A stretch of 64,000 bases of DNA from Minutocellus sp. GHC0000111 (taxonomy: Eukaryota), in the NCBI GenBank assembly GCA_977018835.1, contig OZ361258.1, positions 4,278,001 through 4,342,000 on the forward strand. Direction: 5' to 3'. The notes below the pieces were generated by a model. The model was not told the DNA's origin. It worked only from the letters and a program-made list of their open reading frames with translations, and ran no database searches. Numbering within the stretch: position 1 is the stretch's first letter; the number at the start of each line of letters is the position of its first letter. Position numbers and translations under genes: made by a program. Of this stretch, positions 57,129-64,000 are shown piece after piece.

Positions 57129-57689
57129 CGTGGCAGGCAGTAGTGTTCGGGTTCTTTGAGATCGCTCGATCATACCTCTCCGGCACTTTCGTCGGCTCAG
57201 AGGTCGGCCAGGCTCGATGACTGCCCGTTCTCCTCACCACCCCTTTTCAGCCATTATGTCAGCTGCTTGACTTGAAGAACGGCGCGACATGAGGCCTTTC
57301 TTCGAAACATCGAAAAAGAACTCCAAGAGAAATAGTTGATGTGATTAGTAAAGACGCTTATGCATCCTTGATACATCCCTATGTCTAAAGATGTATGCAA
57401 AAATCTTCTTTAATTAATGCAAATAATATTCTTCTCAATATTTAGTCTGACGACATACAGAAAGGGAACGTTCTATCGTGTTGCCGGCCTGCAAAGCTTT
57501 TTCAGCCTACTAGTATCCATCCGAATCCTTTCCCTGCACCATCTTGCTGATCTTTCGCCTCATCCGCAACCGGCGCATAAACTGCACAAGCAAGCGTACA
57601 ACATAGCCTATCATTACCATTGAATTCGAATATTGAGTTTATCGGCGTTCCCAACACTTATCAAAAGCTACAAGCAACATAACGGCATC

Positions 57690-60029
57690 ATGCCCCAGAC
57701 GAATGAAGATCTGCGCGGCGAGTTGGAGACCACTGAGCAGATCGGCATCGTCGGCGGGAGAGGCAAGACACTCCTCCCCAATATCGTTTCTCTCCTCAAA
57801 TCGAAGGATGCTGCGGCAGCCGCCACCGACGGCTGCGTCATGCCCACAGAGCAAGTAGTTGGAAACAATAATGCTGGTCTTGTCGGCGCCGGTGAGACAA
57901 CGAAGACGACGAAAGAAAATGGCGACATTGTGGAGTTTCAGTGTCCTCAGGCTCGAGCCGCGTCGGAGTCGGCTGCAGTGGAGATTGCCGGAGAGTTAGC
58001 AACTAAACCCACTGAAAATGCAGCCCTCCCAGCTGTTGTGTCCATGTCGACGATGACAGCCTCGAACAACGGCCTTGCACCTGGTAGTATCATGAATAGT
58101 ATCAGCAGCACCCATACAATTTCTGGCTCTTCCTTCTCACTGGTCGAAACTGCATCCGAGTCGGACATTATTCCCGGCCAGCAAAAGAAGAAGAAATCGA
58201 GCGGTAAGAAAAAGAAGAAGCGTGCGATGATGGTTGATCATACATATCATGAACACATGAACGATCTGCCTCCTGGGGATGCGATTGATTCCAAGAAGCC
58301 CGGTAAGAGTAGCGGCGTTACCACTCGGAGCAGCGTCGCAAACAGACAAGGGGCTAACGTCAAGCAGCGGCAGTTCAGGGTCAGAGCCAGGGGCGGCGTA
58401 CAGCATCCGTTCCCCGCCAAGTTGCATCAGGAGTTGGAGGAGATGGAAAAGAACGGTAATGAGAATATCATGGGTTGGATGCCACACGGTCGAAGCTTCA
58501 TGGTGAAAGGTCCCAAGGAATTCGTGAAGGACTATATGCCGACGTACTTCAATCAGCATAAGCTGGCTTCGTTCCAGCGACAGCTGAATCTTTATGGATT
58601 CAAGAGGCTCACTGGAGAAGGGCCAGACCGCGGCTCTTACTATCACGGTAAGTCGTCATTTTGTCTTCGTTACAGTAATGTTTTGAATCTCTATTTGTCA
58701 TTTCAATTGGTCTCACCATTCCTGTGTCTATTCCAACCATTACTCCGCAGAGCTCTTTCTCCGTGGTAAACCATACCTGGGCTATCAGATTAAGCGAGTC
58801 AGGATCAAGGGCACCGGGGTCCGTGCGGCGTCAAACCCTGATGGCGAGCCCGACTTCTACCGGATGCCATACTGTTATCGCGACGGCAGGGTCTCCATTG
58901 ATAATAGGCCACATACCGTCGCAGAGCCTACTCCCATTATTCCTCAAGAAGAAGCCACCGCGAAGCCTACAAGCAGCGATGGCGACAAGGACCTACATGT
59001 ACCAACCCAGGATAAAATGGAAGCTTCTTCTTGTCGTTCAGAATCCGAGCCGCCTGCTTTGGAGAGATCCTCACCCCTCCTTTCACCGGAGATATCTCCA
59101 CCTCCTAGCCCGACTACCATGTCTGCGAATCCCATGTCGAATCTAGATGAAAAACATATTCCAATCAAGAAGCGAAAACCTGCGACAAAAAGTGCAAATT
59201 CGTCCAACCCGAAGAAGAAGCCGAAGAAGACGAGCTCTCGCAAAATGTCTGCATTAATCCAGTGACCATGGAAATCATTCGTTCGACCCCCTACTCTGAT
59301 CGATCACCCAGTGCCAACAAAGATGATACCAGCAGTTTGGCCGACTTTCAGAGTACAATCCATCCGTTGGAGGCCAGCAAGGTCGCCGCCCGCCCAACTC
59401 AAACGGATGATGGCATCGACGAGGTGTCTTTCTGTGGTTGCCACTTCCACTACATGGGACATCTCAATCGCGATGCGCTCAACGAAATTGAAGCATTTCA
59501 TCCCCCAGAGTCGATTGCCATCCCGTCGTCCCTGACGTCTACCGATCCTGACATGGATGTGCCCTATCTTGCTCCAAACATGATCAGCTCGTTGACTCTT
59601 CCTATACCTGTCGCCGCAAAACAAATCACTCTATCTTCTTCCACCGAGCAGGTTTCTCTTTGCCGTCAGTGCGGCGGGGCAAGGCCTCCCGTCGCTGCTG
59701 GAAATTACATGGCAAGGCAGCTCTGGCCGACACTTGAGGCCCCGGTCTTATCTCGTCATGTTTCGTTTGAAGATCACGAACATGACGGCGACTATGCCAA
59801 GGGGCAAATGAAAGAGACTGCCGGCCTAGAAGCCAAAAAGACTACAGCAGATTATTCCGAACCTCATCGATCGGCAAAGGAGGAGATGGATCATTTCTTC
59901 GAGAGCTTTGAACTGCCCTATGATTATTTGTCTGATGGAGAGATTGAGGAGCATGAGTTGATGAATTTGGATTCAGATGAGAAACTTGCGGCGGCATTGG
60001 AGGAGGTAATGAATTCGTCTACTGGCTAG
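57690..60029 (+). CDS. Heat-shock transcription factor; frameshift near 59250
   Basis: FPAKLH, WMPHGRSF, SFQRQLNLYGF, YYH|ELFLRG (intron 58648-58750), EPDFY. Confidence 0.9.
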
Positions 60030-60165
60030 GTCCGACTACCCTTTCCATTGCGTAGATGTATGTGCACACAATTACATTAATTTTTAGATGATGCAGAATG
60101 CATAAGTATATTTAGTGAGATTTGATGCATATTTGGTAGGACCATTACTCTTGATCCTCTCTTCG

Positions 60166-61201
60166 TTATTGTTCTTCTTCCTCCAAAAACATCCTTCCAC
60201 TCAATTTGCCACAGATTTCCATCCTACTGCTGGCCCCAAGAAGCCCCATCGTCCGTTCTACCGTCAATATGCCAAGATCGGTACTCCCATCGCTCCCCAT
60301 CATGAGCAGTTCGCCTGGTCGGCCATATCCAACACCAATCTCGGCATAAATCAGGCCCGGTGCGATGTTGTACTCGCTGGACGTTTTGGTCGTCACCTCA
60401 TTCTCCCCATCGGACCAATAGACCTTTTGAATTGTGCCCTTGGTCTTGATGGTGCGTGTAAAGCCGGTACAATCCAACGATATTCGGACCGACCGGCCAT
60501 TGGGTGACAAGAGCCATTGACCATTTGCGCCGGTGGTAAATTCGGTCTCCTCTACCTTGGCAGTCCCATCTTCCAAAAGTTCCACTTGCACCGTGGTACT
60601 GGGCTCCTCTGGCAGAGTGGCACCAAGGGGCAGGCCAGCGTTCCGTGCATCCTTGTTCCGTGTCGATATGTTGGTATTGGCGCCGTAGAGATTGCTCGAT
60701 GGATCTCTCTGTGGTATTCCAGATAGGTATAGAGACAGGGCCCACTTGGTCCCGATCAGCTTTTCGGTCGTGAGCGGTGCTCCCTTGACATTGCCTCCTG
60801 CTGCGTCCGCGGCCAATGCGCTGGGATCGGCGCCTCCCTTGGGCGCGGCTTGCTGGCTGGCCAACCACTTCTTTTGGACATCGGTCAGATCAGCGTCGGA
60901 ACGAAAGTCACTCCCAATGCCCGGCCCTTAGAGTTGACCCTCTCCCTTGTCCGGAGACAGAGCTTCGTCGTTGCTAAATGCGTCCTTGAGAGCGTCGAAT
61001 ATTCCATTGAGGTGGAGTGCGGTATGCGGCGGCGGGGGCTCGCCTTGTCGGTGATGCAGGTGATGAGTCGCAGGCTGGTGTTGAGCCTGAGGTGATTACC
61101 GCGAATGGTCTCACAGCGAAACTTGAAGCTGAATATGGTCTGACCAGTAGTATCAGAGCCGAGGCTCCTAGAGCAGCGGAGCCGGCGGTGGAGGTCCTCA
61201 T
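60166..61201 (-). pseudogene. Plastid-targeted uncharacterised protein with a frameshift and in-frame TAA
   Basis: Signal peptide followed by SSF. The downstream frame reads ALHLNGIFDALKDAF...GQL*GPG...WLASQQ; stop at 60928-60930. Confidence 0.65.
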
Positions 61202-61666
61202 GACTTCAGGAAATTATGGAATTCTGACGAACAAGGCCGCTTGCCTGTTATGTTCAGTGGCGGTACCGCCAAAAGAACCCGGATGTTCCAACGCACCGAC
61301 GGTCAACAAGTCAACAAGCAACCGAGGGAGGAAGGTCCATGCCATTGATTTGCCATCGCTGCGAGAAGGGGACGAGTACGGTCTCAATTCGTGCGCGCGG
61401 GGTGCTCGGCCGACGCTTGTATTTTATCCTCTAGCCAGTTCCTCCTGACTTCCGTACGCTAGTGGGCGTATCCTGATTCTCCTTGGGGCCAACGCAAGCC
61501 TAAAACCGGCACAACTCGTGCTGACCCGACAAGGAGTCATTTAGTTTCGTCCCGGCCAATGCACATTCGCTATCCTCAGCTCAATAGTAACTCTCCCAGA
61601 CGAAACGCCAATCCAAATCACAACTTGAATTTCAATTTGCTTGGTCTCGCTCGCTCCCTCATAGTC

Positions 61667-62911
61667 ATGATCCAGCAACTGCTCGCCGCCATCATCGGGC
61701 TGGTGTTGCGCCTGATCAATTGCCTTCTTGGCATCTTTGGCATTGGACCCGTCACTTTCTTTGGATTTGATGGTGCCGACGGTTCTGCCTCCCGCCATGC
61801 CCTCACCGGCAAAACGCTAACATTCGACAACGGCAAAAAGGTCCGGATTGGAAGGCAGGTGGCCGAGGGTGGATTTTCCTTCGTCTTTGAGGCGTACGAT
61901 GCCGATGCACGAAGCCGCAACGCCCATCCGCTCAAGTATGCCCTCAAACGAATCAACTGCAGCGACCCCGAGCTGGTCCAGGCCTGTCGGGAGGAGGCCG
62001 GTGTTCATCGGAGCTTGGGCCATGGCAACCTCATGCCGTTGCTGGGGCTCAAGTTTGATTCCAGCCGGGACATGCCCGGCGTTACGGTGTGTTACATGCT
62101 GTTTCCCTTCTTGGAGACCAGTTTGAGAGATGACATTACTCGTCGACGATTGCTGGATGATGATGCAAGTGATGGTCCCGGCAAGCCGACCAGGAGAAAA
62201 CCCTACAAGGAGGTGGAACTGTTGCAATTGTTTGTTCAGGTGGTCGATGCCGTTGCAGCGATGCATGCGGCGGGCTTGGCACACCGGGACATCAAATTAG
62301 AAAATGTTATGATGGACGGCAGCAAAGCTTCGCCAAGAGGCCGAAAGAGCCGTCCCACTCCGGTGCTTATGGACTTTGGTTCGGCTGGAAAGGTCACCTA
62401 TTCAATCAAATCCCGCAGCGACGTCCTCCGACTTACTGAGCTGGCAGCGCAGCACTGCACCATGCCGTATCGTGCTCCAGAATTATTCGACGGTGGAGTC
62501 CGACATGGCATTGATGAACCTCCGGTCGATGGTCGAGTTGACGTGTGGAGTCTCGGATGTCTCCTTTTCGGCATGATGTATGGATCCAGTCCGTTCGAGG
62601 TGGAGTTCCGATGTGATGGCACCGTCCGAATTGTGGAATGCACGCATCTGCGCGTTCTCGGTCCTGTTCCCACGCCACCTCCGGGGACTGAGGCGGCCGG
62701 CCGATATTCCAAGGAGATTGGAGATGCTGTCAAATGGATGCTCAATCAGTCGAGATTGGAGCGGCCGACGGTCGACCAAGTTTCTCGGAGAGTCGATGAG
62801 CTTTTGCAGAAGGTCGGTGGCAAGAGAATACGATCGGGCGGGGCGGCATCGTCGGCGTCGGCGCGCGACGCTACGTTCGACCCTTTCGGAACAGCAAAAG
62901 ACATGGCATAA
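61667..62911 (+). CDS. NAK-family Ser/Thr kinase (STK16/Env7-like)
   Basis: EGGFSFV, YALKR, HRDIK, MDFGS, CTMPYRAPELF, DVWSLGC. Confidence 0.9.
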   Translation: MIQQLLAAIIGLVLRLINCLLGIFGIGPVTFFGFDGADGSASRHALTGKTLTFDNGKKVRIGRQVAEGGFSFVFEAYDADARSRNAHPLKYALKRINCSDPELVQACREEAGVHRSLGHGNLMPLLGLKFDSSRDMPGVTVCYMLFPFLETSLRDDITRRRLLDDDASDGPGKPTRRKPYKEVELLQLFVQVVDAVAAMHAAGLAHRDIKLENVMMDGSKASPRGRKSRPTPVLMDFGSAGKVTYSIKSRSDVLRLTELAAQHCTMPYRAPELFDGGVRHGIDEPPVDGRVDVWSLGCLLFGMMYGSSPFEVEFRCDGTVRIVECTHLRVLGPVPTPPPGTEAAGRYSKEIGDAVKWMLNQSRLERPTVDQVSRRVDELLQKVGGKRIRSGGAASSASARDATFDPFGTAKDMA

Positions 62912-63003
62912 ATTGAATATATATCGTCGTGTCTATCTATAATCTATGTATTTAAGATACTGCTAGCTTGTGTTGATACTAGTAAGAGATCTGGTTCTGT
63001 TAG

Positions 63004-64000
63004 CTAGACAACATTCTCCACCACCTTCCAAGGATCCTCGAGGCCACCGGCATCGTCTTGGTCTCGGAAGTACTCCCGGGAAATGGCTTGCCCGTTATTT
63101 ACAATGGCCAGTGCTGCCAGACGAGCAATGACATGCTTCCACCGATGGACAATGTCGTCGCGCTCCTCCGTAGTGGAAGCTTGGAAGACAAATTCTCCAA
63201 CATCGCAAGTTCGAATGACAAAGCTTCGCGAAGCCAATGCAAGTGGATACTTGGCTCTATCGAGACCAGCAACCATGCGATCGCACTCAACAATGCGGCT
63301 CACGCTCAGCATTGCGATAGTAGTCGGTGCCACAGCAATTTTAGAGGTTGCACTTTTGCAACGGCCTTCCATGCGCCGGCTGTATGATTCCCTCCATTGA
63401 ATTTGTGGTTCGATGAGGCCCTCTCCTTTGTAATTTCTGTAGAGTGTCTGACCTCGATCCATCCAAAGTGTAATGCGTCTTGTCGAGGCTGATTTAGAGT
63501 CATTCGGGTTTGCCTCGGGATGCCACGTGAGGGAAATTGGTTCGTTCATTGTTTGCTGCGAGTGACATGAAAGCACAGATTGGAATCAAATTATGAGGGT
63601 GCGTTTGTATGTGAAACGATATGATTACAAAACAAAACAATAGTACAAAACAAGAAAAGCACAACACAAAGCGTACCTGAACAATCGCGATGGAAGAATT
63701 TAGCTTTCTTCTCCTTCTTCTCATGCCGTGCCCATCGCAATCGTCCCTCTGTTCAGATTTTTCGTAGAAATGCTCTCTCCTAGCCAACGCTTGTTCAATG
63801 TCGCCCGGGTCGGTGTCGTAGCATACGTCATCGCTGGGGATGTTGGCCTTCATTTGATCTAGGCCGTGTTCAACATCGCCATTCCGCATTGAAATGGGTT
63901 CGATGCATCCGATCAGAGTGCTCAGGTCGGTATCTTGCTGCTCATTGTTGGCCGACGTCTTACAAGAGGTGCCATCCTCCTCATGAAGCGGTAGGTCATC
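63004..64000 (-). CDS. Protein with a C-terminal PH-like domain (5' end outside the window)
   Basis: Open frame from 64000, intron 63556-63676, SFVI...FVFQA....ERD..V..WK. Confidence 0.65.

Noticed and set aside
3089..61201. Stop-codon reassignment (e.g. TAA read as Glu) to explain the in-frame stops
   Set aside because: All three stop types occur internally, intact genes end normally with TAA, TAG or TGA, and frameshifts affect the same genes.
1..64000. tRNA or rRNA genes
   Set aside because: None recognised by eye; tRNAscan-SE or Infernal would be needed to exclude them.

Overview
Eukaryotic nuclear DNA, most likely from a diatom. The evidence is short GT-AG introns, signal peptide plus 'AF/SF' plastid-targeting presequences, a diatom-type (CoDi-like) copia element, a DUF6824-like fragment, a diatom-style HSF and a receptor kinase-guanylate cyclase. 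The window holds about 28 host genes or gene remnants, including SET, Deg/HtrA, Wee1, kinase-GC, ThiO, Topo VI-B, DDHD lipase, MYND, a Hop1/HORMAD-like HORMA protein, MATE, a DRE-TIM enzyme, a cysteine amidohydrolase, HSF and an STK16-like kinase. A nested mobile-element cluster lies at about 14.9-24.4 kb. It contains an old copia RT remnant carrying a 420-bp TIR element and a complete copia element (15543-21557, TSD CCTTG), followed by an intact Crypton-like tyrosine recombinase. Main observations: (1) the copia has no tRNA primer-binding site; its PBS is complementary to its own LTR, a self-priming geometry; (2) gag and pol are in frame, separated by one UGA that is followed by a ~100-nt stem-loop, suggesting programmed readthrough; (3) the PPT 8-mer recurs inside pol; (4) many host genes carry nonsense, frameshift or deletion lesions, suggesting a decaying haplotype or paralogous segment; (5) a divergent Hop1-like HORMA gene is present. 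No database search or folding program was run; family calls come from motif recognition by eye.
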